Positions 40,305 through 50,625 of a stretch of 64,000 nucleotides of DNA are shown piece by piece. Under the pieces are notes generated by a model, which made no database searches, was not told the DNA's origin, and saw only the letters and a program-made list of their open reading frames with translations. Position 1 is the stretch's first letter, and every line of letters begins with the position of its first letter. Source of the stretch: Bacillota bacterium (GTDB lineage Bacteria; Bacillota; Dehalobacteriia; UBA4068; UBA4997); the NCBI GenBank assembly GCA_021769035.1, contig JAETTP010000005.1:1519-65518 (forward strand), in the 5' to 3' direction. The position numbers and the translations under genes were made by a program.

Positions 40305-41534
40305 TTACGCATTTTTTGGGACAGGCCTATCCTCCAGCAGGGATTTTGCCAGCAAAACCCGCGCCTCCACCGCCTGGCCCTGCCGTAAATAAACCCTGGG
40401 CAGGCGGCAACTGGCAGCGGTGCGGCGCATTGGCGCCTCCACCACGTCGCCCACCTGCAAGGGCAAATCGCCAATATCCACCATCATGCTCTGCATTGCC
40501 ACCCGGCCCAAAATCGGCAACAGCTGACCCTGCCAAAACACGCCCCGCTGATAGCGGCCCAAAACCCGCTTGCCCACGTTGCGGCTCATCTCCTGCACGC
40601 TGTCCTTAATCGTAAGCTCCCGGGCGCTGGCCGTCACGCCAAAACCATCGCCGTAGCCGTAGGGAATCACCGCCAGCCGGGTGGGCTTTTTGGCCACAAA
40701 CTCCTGGCTGTAGCCCACGCCGGCCCCTTTAGCAATTTCCCGAATCGCCGCAATGCGCGCCTTGGCTGCAAACGGCTCCGCCAGCGGCAGGCCCAGCTTT
40801 TTGGCCAGCCCCAGCTGCCCGTAAAGCACTGAGCCCACTCGCACCGCCGAAAAATGGGCCGCCGGATACCGCAGGCAGCCGGCGGAATTAGCCAAATGCC
40901 AGCAGATAGCAGCCTCCGCAAAGCCGGCTGCCTCCGCCTGCGCCTTAGCCTGCCCAAAACGCTCAATTTGCAGCCTGGCAAATCTTTCCTCCGTTTCCAA
41001 GGCCGTCGCCAAATGCGAATAGGCTCCGCAAAACTTTGGCGCGTCCGGCTGCTGCAAAAGACGCAGCACGGCCGCCAGCTCCTCGCCGGGCTCCACGCCA
41101 AAGCGGTTCATGCCGGTGTTGATTTTCAGATGACAGGTCAGCTGCGGCCAGCCCTGCAACAGCTCCGCCGTGTGCAGGCTGTCCACCGTGGCCGTCAGCC
41201 GGTGCTGAGCAAACAGCGGCAGTTCCGCGGCCTGCGGCGGCAAAAACACCAACACCGGCGCGCTGAGGCCGGCCTCCCGCAGCTCCAAAGCCTCCTCCAG
41301 GCTGGTAACCGCCAGCATATCGGCCCCAGCCTCGGCAAAGGCGCGGGCGCAGGGCACGGCCCCAAAGCCGTAGGCGTCGTTTTTCACCACGGCAATCAGG
41401 CCGGGCGCACCCTCCGGGTGCTGCTCCCGCAGCCGGCTGCTCACCGCCTGCAAATTGGCGGCCAGCTTATCCAAATCAATCTCCAGCCAATGCTGCAATC
41501 TTTCCCGAATATCCGACATAACAACCTCTTCCAC
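40305..41534 (-). CDS. alr: Alanine-racemase-family PLP enzyme (divergent)
   Basis: AVVKNDAYG, HLKINTGMNRFG, HLANSAG, VRVG, VGY, GYGDG, GRVAM. Start may be the ATG six codons downstream. Confidence 0.85.
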   Translation of the reverse strand: MEEVVMSDIRERLQHWLEIDLDKLAANLQAVSSRLREQHPEGAPGLIAVVKNDAYGFGAVPCARAFAEAGADMLAVTSLEEALELREAGLSAPVLVFLPPQAAELPLFAQHRLTATVDSLHTAELLQGWPQLTCHLKINTGMNRFGVEPGEELAAVLRLLQQPDAPKFCGAYSHLATALETEERFARLQIERFGQAKAQAEAAGFAEAAICWHLANSAGCLRYPAAHFSAVRVGSVLYGQLGLAKKLGLPLAEPFAAKARIAAIREIAKGAGVGYSQEFVAKKPTRLAVIPYGYGDGFGVTASARELTIKDSVQEMSRNVGKRVLGRYQRGVFWQGQLLPILGRVAMQSMMVDIGDLPLQVGDVVEAPMRRTAASCRLPRVYLRQGQAVEARVLLAKSLLEDRPVPKNA

Positions 41535-42653
41535 TTACTTCTGCCCTTTTAACTTTTTCTTCAAATTAATAAGCCGCCGCACATTTTTCTGATATAGAGG
41601 CTCCAAAACGTTATAAAGGCTGTATTTAGCAGGATTAATCACCAAATCATATTCCCCGATAAACTCCGTATATTTGCCGCCGAAGCCCTTTTTGAACTTC
41701 ACCAGGCCGTAAAGCGGGTGATCCTCCGCCACGTGGCCCGGCACGCCCCGGAAGTCGTACATTGTGCAGCCCTGGGCCTTGGCCCACTCAATCATCGTCC
41801 ACTGAATTAAATAGTTGGGCATTAAATTGCGGTGGGAATTGGCGCTGGCCCCGTAAATATACCAGGCCTTGTCGCCCATTCGGAAAGCCAGGGTGCCGGC
41901 GATAGCCTCGCCCTCATAGTAAGCCATAAAAAGCTCCGTCTGCCCCACCGGGTGCAGGTGATCGTAAAAGCCCTCAAAGTAGCTGTAGGGCCGAATCAGG
42001 AAATGGTCGCGGGTGGCGGTAGTCGTCAAAATCCGATAAAATTCCGGCAGACATTCGCGCCCGGCCCCGCTGACGATTTCCACGCCCTTGCGGCCGGCCA
42101 GCCGGATATTGTAGCGGGTTTTCTGGTGGCAGTTAGCCAACAAGGTTTCCACATCGGGCGAAATATCCAGCCGGAACACAAAGCGCGGCTGAATGCCCTC
42201 AAAGCCCTCGCCCTTGTCCACCAGCGCAAAGCCGGCCTGTTGCAGGCGGCTGCGCCAAATTTCCGCCTCCGGCGCGTCCACATCAACGTCCGGGTCCACC
42301 TTCCAATAAATCACGCCCTGCTGTTTAGCCAAGCGGCGCACCTCCGCCACCAGCTGCTCCCAAAGCGGCGCATTGGCAATATCCACCACCGGCCCGCGGG
42401 GAGAGTAAAAAATCTGGCCCAGGCCGGCCGGCAGCGTGCGGCGCAGCAGCAAAACCGCCCCGCAGATTTGGCCGGCGGCGTCCTCCGCCACCAGGCGCAG
42501 GGGCTCCCAGGCCGGCTGCTTCACACAGCCCCAGTTCCAGCCTTGCAGCACATGCCCCTTAGGGTGCGCCGCCACAAAGGCGTCAAATTTTTCCGCATTG
42601 CCGGGCTCGTCCGGCAACAAACGAAATTGATATTCCTCAGTTGAATTCACCAA
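41535..42653 (-). CDS. FemABX/MurM-family aminoacyl-tRNA-dependent peptidoglycan bridge ligase
   Basis: LQGWNW, YSPRGP, KTRYNIR, YIYGAS, YDFRG, FKKGFGG. Confidence 0.92.
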   Translation of the reverse strand: MVNSTEEYQFRLLPDEPGNAEKFDAFVAAHPKGHVLQGWNWGCVKQPAWEPLRLVAEDAAGQICGAVLLLRRTLPAGLGQIFYSPRGPVVDIANAPLWEQLVAEVRRLAKQQGVIYWKVDPDVDVDAPEAEIWRSRLQQAGFALVDKGEGFEGIQPRFVFRLDISPDVETLLANCHQKTRYNIRLAGRKGVEIVSGAGRECLPEFYRILTTTATRDHFLIRPYSYFEGFYDHLHPVGQTELFMAYYEGEAIAGTLAFRMGDKAWYIYGASANSHRNLMPNYLIQWTMIEWAKAQGCTMYDFRGVPGHVAEDHPLYGLVKFKKGFGGKYTEFIGEYDLVINPAKYSLYNVLEPLYQKNVRRLINLKKKLKGQK

Positions 42654-42679
42654 ACACTTCTCCTTTTAGTCTTACTATA

Positions 42680-44257
42680 TTAACAGCCGGCCAAGCAGCC
42701 TTGCAGGAAATCGCTAATCAGCGGGTGCGGCTGCTCCGGCCGCGACAAAAACTCCGGATGATACTGACAGCCCACAAACCAGGGATGTTGCGCCACCGGC
42801 AGGCTCAGGGCCTCCACAAAGGGACTTTCCGCGGAGCGGGCGCAAACAACCATGCCAGCCTGCTGCAAAGCCAGGGCCGCATCCTCCCGCAAAACGTAGC
42901 GGTGCCGGTGCCGCTCGGAAATTTCCAAATCACCATAAATCTGGAACAAGCGGCAGTTGGAATCGGTCAGGCTGATTGGCAGCAGACCGCTTTCCAGGCT
43001 GCCGCCGCCTCTGGCCTGAAACAGCACGTCAGACGAGCCGGTTTCCGGCATTTGAGCCGGCAGGCCCGCCACGTTGCGGGTATATTCCACCGCCATTGCG
43101 TGCATGCCCATACCAATCGCCAGGCAGGGCAGGCCGCTTTGCCGAGCCCAGCCCGCCGCGGCAATCATGCCCTCCGTGCCGCGCACGCCAAAGCCGTCCG
43201 GAATCACCAGCCCACTGTAGGGGGCCAGCTTGGCCGCCGCGTTGGTCGCTTCCAGCTCCTGCGCAGGCAGCATATGCACCTGCACGTCCAGCCCCAAATT
43301 CAGACCACAGTGGTGCAAAGCCTCTACCAGGCTGATATAAGCGTCCGGCAGGCTGGTATATTTACCAACCAAAGCAACCTCCACAGGTTTATTATTTGCC
43401 AAACTGCGCTGATAAAATGCGTCCCAACCGCTTATATCCGCTTCACCGGCCGGCAGACCCAATTTTTCAGCCACAATCTGATCCAAACCCTGCTGGTGCA
43501 GGGTCAGCGGCAGCTCGTAAACATTATCCGTAAACACCTGCTGCAAAACCGCCCGCCGCTCAATATCACAAAACAGAGAAATTTTGCTGACCGCGGTTTC
43601 GTCCAACTCCACCTCGGTGCGGCAGATGATTATATCCGGCTGAATACCCAAACTACGCAGGGTTTTCACGCTGTGCTGCACCGGCTTGGTTTTGGCCTCG
43701 CCGGCCACCCGCAGATACGGCACCAAAGCCACGTGCACAAACAAGGTTTGCTCCTTGCCCAAATCGTGGCGCAGCTGCCGAATGGTTTCCAAAAAGGCCA
43801 GCGATTCAATATCGCCCACCACGCCGCCAATCTCCACAATAATCACATCATAAGCCGCCTCCGCCAGGCCGCGGGTGATGGTGCGCTTGATTTCATTGGT
43901 CACGTGCGGGATAACCTGCACCGTGCTGCCGCCAAAATCGCCGCTCCGCTCGCGATCTAAAATCCGGCGGTAAATGCGGCCCAGGGTGCTGCTGCAACTA
44001 TGCCCTTGCAGGCTCATATTCATAAAACGTTCATAATGGCCCAGGGCCAGGTCAGTTTCGCAGCCGTCGTTGGTGACGAACACCTCCCCGTGCTGATAAG
44101 GGTTCATCTGGCCGGTGTCGGTGTTGAAGTAAGTGTCCAGGCGCAGCACGCCCACCTTCAGACCGCGGCCTTTCAGCAGCGCCCCCAGGGAGGCGGCCGT
44201 CAGTCCCTTGCCCAGCGAGGACACCACGCCGCCGGTAAAAAAGATATACTTAGTCAT
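42680..44257 (-). CDS. pyrG: CTP synthase homolog with substituted catalytic residues
   Basis: TGGVVSSLGKG, QHGEVFV, KTKP, GKY, ERHRHRY, QYHPEF are present. GICLGMQ is replaced by AIGMGMH and DLDLG by DLALG. Confidence 0.9.
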   Translation of the reverse strand: MTKYIFFTGGVVSSLGKGLTAASLGALLKGRGLKVGVLRLDTYFNTDTGQMNPYQHGEVFVTNDGCETDLALGHYERFMNMSLQGHSCSSTLGRIYRRILDRERSGDFGGSTVQVIPHVTNEIKRTITRGLAEAAYDVIIVEIGGVVGDIESLAFLETIRQLRHDLGKEQTLFVHVALVPYLRVAGEAKTKPVQHSVKTLRSLGIQPDIIICRTEVELDETAVSKISLFCDIERRAVLQQVFTDNVYELPLTLHQQGLDQIVAEKLGLPAGEADISGWDAFYQRSLANNKPVEVALVGKYTSLPDAYISLVEALHHCGLNLGLDVQVHMLPAQELEATNAAAKLAPYSGLVIPDGFGVRGTEGMIAAAGWARQSGLPCLAIGMGMHAMAVEYTRNVAGLPAQMPETGSSDVLFQARGGGSLESGLLPISLTDSNCRLFQIYGDLEISERHRHRYVLREDAALALQQAGMVVCARSAESPFVEALSLPVAQHPWFVGCQYHPEFLSRPEQPHPLISDFLQGCLAGC

Positions 44258-44296
44258 TGCATTAACCTCTTAATTTAGGCTTTTCGATTTCAAATA

Positions 44297-45988
44297 TCAC
44301 ATTTTTTCCGGGGCGGAAACGCCCAGCAAATGCAGGCATTTAGCCACCGCGCCCGCCGTCACCTGGCACAGCCACAGGCGGGCCTGCTGCAAATCAGCCT
44401 CCACGCCCAAAACCCGGCAGACGGCATAAAAGCTGTGAAACAGCGCGCCCAGCTCCATCACGTAGGCCGCAATCTTGTGCGGAGCCTCCTGCTGCGCCGC
44501 CGCGGCAATCTCGTCCGGCAGCTCCAGCAATTTTCGCAACAAATCCTGCTCGCTCTCCTCCTGCAACAGGCCAAAATTCACCTGGGCCAAATCGCTCAGC
44601 TCCACGCCCTGCTCCTTGGCTTGCAGCAAAATGCTGTTAATGCGGGCGTGCGCATATTGCACATAAAAAACCGGGTTATCCATCGATTGCTTTTTCGCCA
44701 AATCCAAATCGAAATCCATCTGGCTGTCGGCGGAGCGCATCACGAAGAAGAAACGTGCCGCGTCGCGGCCCACCTCCTCCAGCAGCTCCTCCAAAGTGAC
44801 GTAGGTGCCGGCCCGTTTGGACATGCGCACAATCTCTCCGCCGGAGAACAGCCGCACCAGCTGCATCAAAATAACCTCCAGCTTGTCCGCCGGATAACCC
44901 AGCGCGCCCACCGCCGCTTTCAGCCGGGCCACGTGGCCGTGGTGGTCGGCGCCCCAAATATTAATCAGCCGGGCAAAGCCGCGCTCAAATTTGTTCTTAT
45001 GATAGGCAATATCCGCCGTGTAGTAGGTGGGTATGCCGTTGGCCCGCACCAGCACCTCCGGCTTTTCGCAGCCGCAACGGTCGGCTGCGAACCACAGCGC
45101 GTCGTCCTGCTCCAGCAGCAGCCCGGCCGCCTTGTAATCAGCCACCACCTGCTTCACCGCGCCGGAATCGTGCAGGGTCTGCTCGCTGAACCAGGTGTCG
45201 TATTCCACGCCGTAATGGCTGAGGGCCGTGCGGATAGCCGCCAGCTTTTTTTGCAAGGCAAAACGGGTTAAAAGCTCCCGCCGCAGGTCGGGCTGCACCG
45301 TTAAAAGCTTGTCGCCCTCCGCCTCAATATATTCCTTAACCGTGCTGATAATATCCTCGCCGTGATAGCCGTCCTCCGGAAATTCCGCCGGCTGGCCCAG
45401 CTGCTCCAGATAGCGCGCCTCCAGCGAGAGGCCGAAGTTTTCAATCTGCTTGCCCGCGTCGTTGATATAATATTCCCGCTCCACCTGAAAGCCCGCCGCC
45501 TGCATAATATTAGCCAGGCTGTCGCCGATAGCCGCGCCGCGGGCGTTGCCCAGGTGTAGCTCGCCGGTGGGGTTGGCCGACACAAACTCAATATTCACCC
45601 GCTCGCCCTGGCCGAAGTTGCTCTCGCCAAAGGCCGCGCCGCGGGCGGCCGCGTCAGCCAAACCCTCCGCCAGCCAATTTGGCCGCATATAAAAATTGAT
45701 GAAGCCCGCGCCGGCAATCTCCACCTTGTCCACGTAAACCGCCGGCTCCGCCTGATAAAGCCGGGCCGCCAGCAACTCGGCAATTTTGCGCGGGGCCATT
45801 TTGGCCTGCCGGGCCAGCAACATAGCCAGATTGGCGGCAAAATCGCCGTGGGCTTTGTCCCGCGGGCGTTCAATCACAAAATCCGGCAGCTGCTCAAAAC
45901 TCAGCTCGCCGGCGGCGCGGGCCGCCTCGGCCGCCGCCTGCAAATCCTTTTTCAGTTCAAATCGAGTTTCCTCCAACCAGTTCATCAT
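44297..45988 (-). CDS. argS: Arginine-tRNA ligase
   Basis: EFVSANPTGELHLGN, WGADHHG, MSKRAG, YVQYAHAR, APEKM. Confidence 0.98.
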   Translation of the reverse strand: MMNWLEETRFELKKDLQAAAEAARAAGELSFEQLPDFVIERPRDKAHGDFAANLAMLLARQAKMAPRKIAELLAARLYQAEPAVYVDKVEIAGAGFINFYMRPNWLAEGLADAAARGAAFGESNFGQGERVNIEFVSANPTGELHLGNARGAAIGDSLANIMQAAGFQVEREYYINDAGKQIENFGLSLEARYLEQLGQPAEFPEDGYHGEDIISTVKEYIEAEGDKLLTVQPDLRRELLTRFALQKKLAAIRTALSHYGVEYDTWFSEQTLHDSGAVKQVVADYKAAGLLLEQDDALWFAADRCGCEKPEVLVRANGIPTYYTADIAYHKNKFERGFARLINIWGADHHGHVARLKAAVGALGYPADKLEVILMQLVRLFSGGEIVRMSKRAGTYVTLEELLEEVGRDAARFFFVMRSADSQMDFDLDLAKKQSMDNPVFYVQYAHARINSILLQAKEQGVELSDLAQVNFGLLQEESEQDLLRKLLELPDEIAAAAQQEAPHKIAAYVMELGALFHSFYAVCRVLGVEADLQQARLWLCQVTAGAVAKCLHLLGVSAPEKM

Positions 45989-46000
45989 CTGGCCGCCTCC

Positions 46001-46483
46001 TTATACAAAATCCTGGGCGGAAACCTGCCGCTTCTCCCGCGGGAAATCCACCTGCTTATCCTGAATATACAGCGTGGCCGTGCCGGAAGCAATCAGCAGC
46101 CCCTCGTCGTCCCGCACGTCAACGGTGTAAATGCCCAAATGCTTGCCCCGGTTCTTCTCCTGGGCCACGGCATGCAAAACACCGCCGTTGCAGCTGTTGT
46201 GATAATTGAGCGAAACCTGCTCCGGCGTCACAAAGTAGCCGTAGGAAAGCCCGGCCTTGCCGGCCGCCTGGCCAATCAGGGCCGCCAGCCAGCCGCCGTG
46301 CACCTGGCCCTGCAAATTCAAATGCCGCTTTTGCACCGGCATAATCATATGCACCCAGCCCTGGCCCAGCTCCACCACCTCCAGGCCGTCGGAGTGATAA
46401 AAGTTTTCATTCTCATTCATATATTCAATCTTGGTCGGCCAATCCGCCTCCACAAAAGACGGCCGCAGTTTTTGCTCAGTCAT
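46001..46483 (-). CDS. PaaI-family (hotdog) thioesterase
   Basis: HLN..G.VHGG motif, 160 aa. Confidence 0.88.
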   Translation of the reverse strand: MTEQKLRPSFVEADWPTKIEYMNENENFYHSDGLEVVELGQGWVHMIMPVQKRHLNLQGQVHGGWLAALIGQAAGKAGLSYGYFVTPEQVSLNYHNSCNGGVLHAVAQEKNRGKHLGIYTVDVRDDEGLLIASGTATLYIQDKQVDFPREKRQVSAQDFV

Positions 46484-46518
46484 AACACCAGCTCCTTTTC
46501 CTCTTATTCCGACACACC

Positions 46519-48237
46519 TTATTCCGCCACCACCATATCAGAAAGCCCCTTGCCGTTTAAGACCATCGGGTAAACCATTTCCTCCTTGGCGATTAAACAT
46601 TCCACCAGCGTCAGGCGATCGCAGGCCAAAGCCTCCCGCAGGGTGTTCTCCACCTCCTCCAGCTTCTCCAGCCGGAAGTAGGCCATATCATAAGCCTCGG
46701 CAATTTTGGCAAAATCCGGGTTGCCCTCCAAATCAATGCCAAAGTAATGTTCCTCGGAGTAATATTTTTGCAGCTGCCGCACCATGCCCAAATTGCTGTT
46801 GTTGGAAAGGATTACCTTAATCGGCAGACGCTGGGCTTTGGCCGTGGCCAGCTCGTTCATCGTCATCTGAAAGCTACCGTCGCCGGTTATGCAAACCACC
46901 AAAGCCTCCGGCCGGGCCAGCTGCGCGCCCACTGCAGCGGGGAAGCCGTAGCCCATGGTGCCCAAACCGCCAGAGCTGATAAAGCCGCCGCCCTGCCGGG
47001 CGTGATAAAACTGGGCCGCTGTCATCTGGTGCTGGCCAACGTCCGTCGTCACCACGGCCTTGCCCTTGGTCTGGCGGTTCAACTCCCGCACCACCTCGCG
47101 GAAGTGTAGCTGATTGCCAGCCGCCGCGTTCGCCTCGTAAGCGTCGCTGTGCAGCGGCCGCCAGCTTTCAATCTTGGCCCGCCAGGCGTCGTGCTCCGCC
47201 TGTTCCAAAAATTCCAGCATAACCTCAATAATCGCCGCCGCGTCGCCCACAATCGGCACGTCGGCCGGCACGTTTTTACCAATCTCCGCCGGATCCACAT
47301 CGACGTGGATAATTTTGGCCTCCTTGGCAAATTCGGCCACGTTCCCGGTCACCCGATCGTCAAAGCGCGCGCCCACGGCCAGCAGCACATCGCACTCGGA
47401 AACTGCCAAATTGGCGGCCGGCGCGCCGTGAATGCCCAGCATACCAATATAATAGCCGTCCCGGAAAGGATAGGCCGCCTTGCCCAGCAAGGTCACCGCC
47501 ACCGGCGCGTCCAGCCGGTGGGCCAGGCTTTGCAGCAGCTCCTCCGCCCGCGCGCTAATCACCCCGCCGCCGGCGTAAATCAGCGGCTTTTTGGCCTCTT
47601 GCAGCAGCTTGCAGGCGTTTTGGATTTTCAGCCGGTGCCCCTTAAAGGTGGGCTTGTAGCCGGGCAGGTCAATCTGGCCGGGAATGGCTGCCTTGCAAAC
47701 GCTGTCCGCCACGTTTTTGGGCACGTCCACCAGCACCGGGCCGGGCCGGCCGGTGGTCGCCAGATAAAAGGCCTCCTTAATCACCTGCGGCAGGTCGTTC
47801 ACATCTGTCACCAGATAGCTGTGCTTCACAATCGGCCTGGTAATGCCGGTTATATCAATTTCCTGAAAAGCGTCGGTGCCAATCATCGCGGTGGAAACCT
47901 GCCCGGTGATTGCCACCATCGGAATGGAATCCATATAAGCCGTCGCCAGGCCCGTCACCAAATTGGTGGCCCCAGGGCCGGAGGTGGCAATGCAAACGCC
48001 CGCCTTGCCGCTGGCCCGTGCGTAGCCGCTGGCCGCGTGGGTGGCGCCCTGCTCCGTCCGCGTCAGCACGTTTTTAATCTGGCTGGATTCCCGCAGGGCC
48101 TCAAAAATGCTCAGCACCGCGCCGCCCGGATAGCTAAAAACCGTGTCCACCTGCTCCAGCTCCAGGCAGGCGATAATCGCCTGCGCGCCGTTAATCTGGC
48201 GGTTTTCCGTGTCCTTAATCTCTGCCAACGCTCTCAC
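46519..48237 (-). CDS. ilvB: Acetolactate synthase large subunit
   Basis: YPGGA, TSGPGATN, RFDDRV, DVGQHQ, GDGSFQM. Confidence 0.97.
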   Translation of the reverse strand: MRALAEIKDTENRQINGAQAIIACLELEQVDTVFSYPGGAVLSIFEALRESSQIKNVLTRTEQGATHAASGYARASGKAGVCIATSGPGATNLVTGLATAYMDSIPMVAITGQVSTAMIGTDAFQEIDITGITRPIVKHSYLVTDVNDLPQVIKEAFYLATTGRPGPVLVDVPKNVADSVCKAAIPGQIDLPGYKPTFKGHRLKIQNACKLLQEAKKPLIYAGGGVISARAEELLQSLAHRLDAPVAVTLLGKAAYPFRDGYYIGMLGIHGAPAANLAVSECDVLLAVGARFDDRVTGNVAEFAKEAKIIHVDVDPAEIGKNVPADVPIVGDAAAIIEVMLEFLEQAEHDAWRAKIESWRPLHSDAYEANAAAGNQLHFREVVRELNRQTKGKAVVTTDVGQHQMTAAQFYHARQGGGFISSGGLGTMGYGFPAAVGAQLARPEALVVCITGDGSFQMTMNELATAKAQRLPIKVILSNNSNLGMVRQLQKYYSEEHYFGIDLEGNPDFAKIAEAYDMAYFRLEKLEEVENTLREALACDRLTLVECLIAKEEMVYPMVLNGKGLSDMVVAE

Positions 48238-48716
48238 CCCTTTTCCCCGCGCACCATCGCAATAATGCCGGTGCGGCTCATTCTCTGCATACCAAAGGGG
48301 CGGAAGGCCTGCTCAATCGCGTCCAGCTTGCTGTGCGCCCCTGTGGCCTCAATAATAAAGCTTTTGCGGTTAATATCCACAATTTTTATGCGGAATATCT
48401 CGCACAGGTGCATAATTTCCACCCGGTCCTCCTTGTTGGCCTGCACGCGCAGCAGCATCAGCTCCCGGCCGACATATTCCTCATTGGTTACGTCATTAAT
48501 TTTCAGCACTTCAACCACCTTGTGCAGCTGCTTGGTCACCTGCTCAATAATGCGGTCGTCGCCCTCCACCACGATTGTCATGCAGGACACGCCGGGGTTT
48601 TCCGTGCTGCCCACCGTCAGGCTGTTGATGTTGTAGCCCCGGCGGCTGAACAGCCCGGCCACCCGCACCAACACGCCGGAGCGGTCCTGCACCAGCACAT
48701 TCAATATATGCTTCAT
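48234..48716 (-). CDS. ilvN: Acetolactate synthase small subunit
   Basis: GVL.RVAGLFSRRGYNINSL, EQVTKQLHK. Confidence 0.96.
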   Translation of the reverse strand: MKHILNVLVQDRSGVLVRVAGLFSRRGYNINSLTVGSTENPGVSCMTIVVEGDDRIIEQVTKQLHKVVEVLKINDVTNEEYVGRELMLLRVQANKEDRVEIMHLCEIFRIKIVDINRKSFIIEATGAHSKLDAIEQAFRPFGMQRMSRTGIIAMVRGEKG

Positions 48717-48766
48717 ATAGCCCTCCGCTTTTTCCTATTTTATATTATAGCTTTTACATTGCAGCT

Positions 48767-50449
48767 TTAGCGCACCGTCACCGCTCCAGTGGCGGCCGAC
48801 GTCACCCGTTGGGCGTATTTAGCCAGATAGCCCTTTTTAATCTTTGGCTCCGGCTGCACCCAGGCCGCCCGGCGTTTAGCCAGCTCGTCCTCAGCCACAG
48901 CCAGCTGCAAACTGCCTGCGTTAATATCAATCTCAATCCGGTCGCCCTCCTGCACCAGACCAATCAAACCGCCCTCGGCAGCTTCCGGCGACACATGGCC
49001 AATTGCCGCACCGCGGGTGGCGCCGGAAAAACGCCCGTCCGTAATCAAAGCCACGCTTTCGCCCAGGCCCATGCCCTGAATGGCCGAGGTCGGGGTCAAC
49101 ATCTCCCGCATGCCGGGGCCGCCCTTGGGCCCCTCATAGCGGATAACCACCACGTCGCCGGCCTTAATCTGCCCGCCGGTGATGGCCGCCACGGCCTCCT
49201 CCTCGCCATCGAACACACGGGCTGGGCCGCTGTGCACCAGCATTTCCGGGGCCACTGCCGCCCGCTTCACCACTGCGCCGTCCGGGGCCAGATTGCCGCG
49301 CAAAATCTTCAGGCCGCCCTTTTGGCTGTAGGCCGTTTCCGCACTGCGAATAACTTCCGGCAGCAGCACCTTGGCGTTCTGGATATTCTCGCCCAACGTT
49401 TGGCCGGTAACAGTTTTGGTCGTGGTATCCAACAAACCCTGTTTAGCCAGCTCCGCCAGCAAGGCGGACATGCCGCCGGCCGCCTGCAAATCCTCAATAT
49501 GGTGCTCGCCTGCGGGGGCCAGCTTGCACAAATGCGGCGTAACTTCGCTGATTTCGTTAATCATATCCAAATCCAGCGGCACGCCGGCCTCGTGCGCAAT
49601 GGCCGGCAGGTGCAGCACCGTGTTGGTGGAGCAGCCCATCGCCATATCCGCAATCAACGCATTTTTAAAGGCCGCCGCCGTCATAATATCGTGGGGCCGC
49701 AAATCCAGCTCCAACAGGCGCATAACCTGCATGCCGGCCTGTTTGGCCAAACGCAGGCGGCCGGAATCCACCGCCGCCACGGTGCCGTTGCCCGGCAAAG
49801 CCATACCCAAAACCTCGGAGAGGCAGTTCATCGAATTGGCCGTGAACATGCCGGAGCAACTGCCGCAGGTTGGGCAGGCGTTTTGCTCAATGGCGTCCAG
49901 CTCGGCCTGATCAATCTTGCCAGCCGCAAACGCGCCGGATGCCTCAAAGTTAGAATTCAAATCCAACACGCGCCCGTTCAGCTTGCCGGCCAGCATCGGG
50001 CCGCCGCTGACGAAAACGCAGGGCAAATCCAGCCGGGCCGCCGCCATCAGCATGCCGGGCACAATCTTATCGCAGTTGGGGATAAAAACCAGCGCGTCAA
50101 AGGCGTGGGCCAGGGCCATCGTTTCCGCCGAATCGGCAATCAGCTCCCGGCTGGCCAAGGAATATTTCATACCAACATGTCCCATCGCAATACCGTCGCA
50201 AACGGCAATCGCCGGAAATTCCAGCGGCGTGCCGCCGGCCAACCGCACCCCGGCCTTCACCGCCTCCGCCACCTGGCGCAGGTGCATGTGCCCCGGCACC
50301 ACCTCGTTAAAAGAGTTCACAATGCCCACCAGCGGCCGGTTAATCTCCTCCGGCGTCAGGCCCAGGGCATAAAGCAGCGAGCGCTGGGGAGAGCGCATAT
50401 AGCCCTCTTTCATTTCACAGCTTTTCAAATCAGTTTTTACTTCAACCAT
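48767..50449 (-). CDS. ilvD: Dihydroxy-acid dehydratase
   Basis: [44 protein letters not shown]. Confidence 0.98.
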   Translation of the reverse strand: MVEVKTDLKSCEMKEGYMRSPQRSLLYALGLTPEEINRPLVGIVNSFNEVVPGHMHLRQVAEAVKAGVRLAGGTPLEFPAIAVCDGIAMGHVGMKYSLASRELIADSAETMALAHAFDALVFIPNCDKIVPGMLMAAARLDLPCVFVSGGPMLAGKLNGRVLDLNSNFEASGAFAAGKIDQAELDAIEQNACPTCGSCSGMFTANSMNCLSEVLGMALPGNGTVAAVDSGRLRLAKQAGMQVMRLLELDLRPHDIMTAAAFKNALIADMAMGCSTNTVLHLPAIAHEAGVPLDLDMINEISEVTPHLCKLAPAGEHHIEDLQAAGGMSALLAELAKQGLLDTTTKTVTGQTLGENIQNAKVLLPEVIRSAETAYSQKGGLKILRGNLAPDGAVVKRAAVAPEMLVHSGPARVFDGEEEAVAAITGGQIKAGDVVVIRYEGPKGGPGMREMLTPTSAIQGMGLGESVALITDGRFSGATRGAAIGHVSPEAAEGGLIGLVQEGDRIEIDINAGSLQLAVAEDELAKRRAAWVQPEPKIKKGYLAKYAQRVTSAATGAVTVR

Positions 50450-50625
50450 GCTAACCACACTCCTATATTATGTAAAAAATACGTTCTTCATATATAAATT
50501 TCATAATAACACAAAATGAGCAAAAATACCAGAGGTATTGCCCATTTTGTTATAAAAAATTTTAGTTTTTATTGACTGAAAGGAATATTAAGGCGGTATT
50601 GCTTTTGGTTAAACGCCGCCTTAAT

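Noticed and set aside
17902..50497. Long plus-strand ORFs antisense to real genes (e.g. 17902-19608, 26032-27330, 42641-43960, 47149-48636, 48809-50497)
   Set aside because: These are shadow ORFs caused by GC-rich codon bias, with no recognisable motifs or RBS.
50459..50625. T-box or attenuator upstream of ilvD (also checked for argS, and for a SAM riboswitch before metA)
   Set aside because: The spacers are short and AT-rich, with no T-box motif or S-box core.
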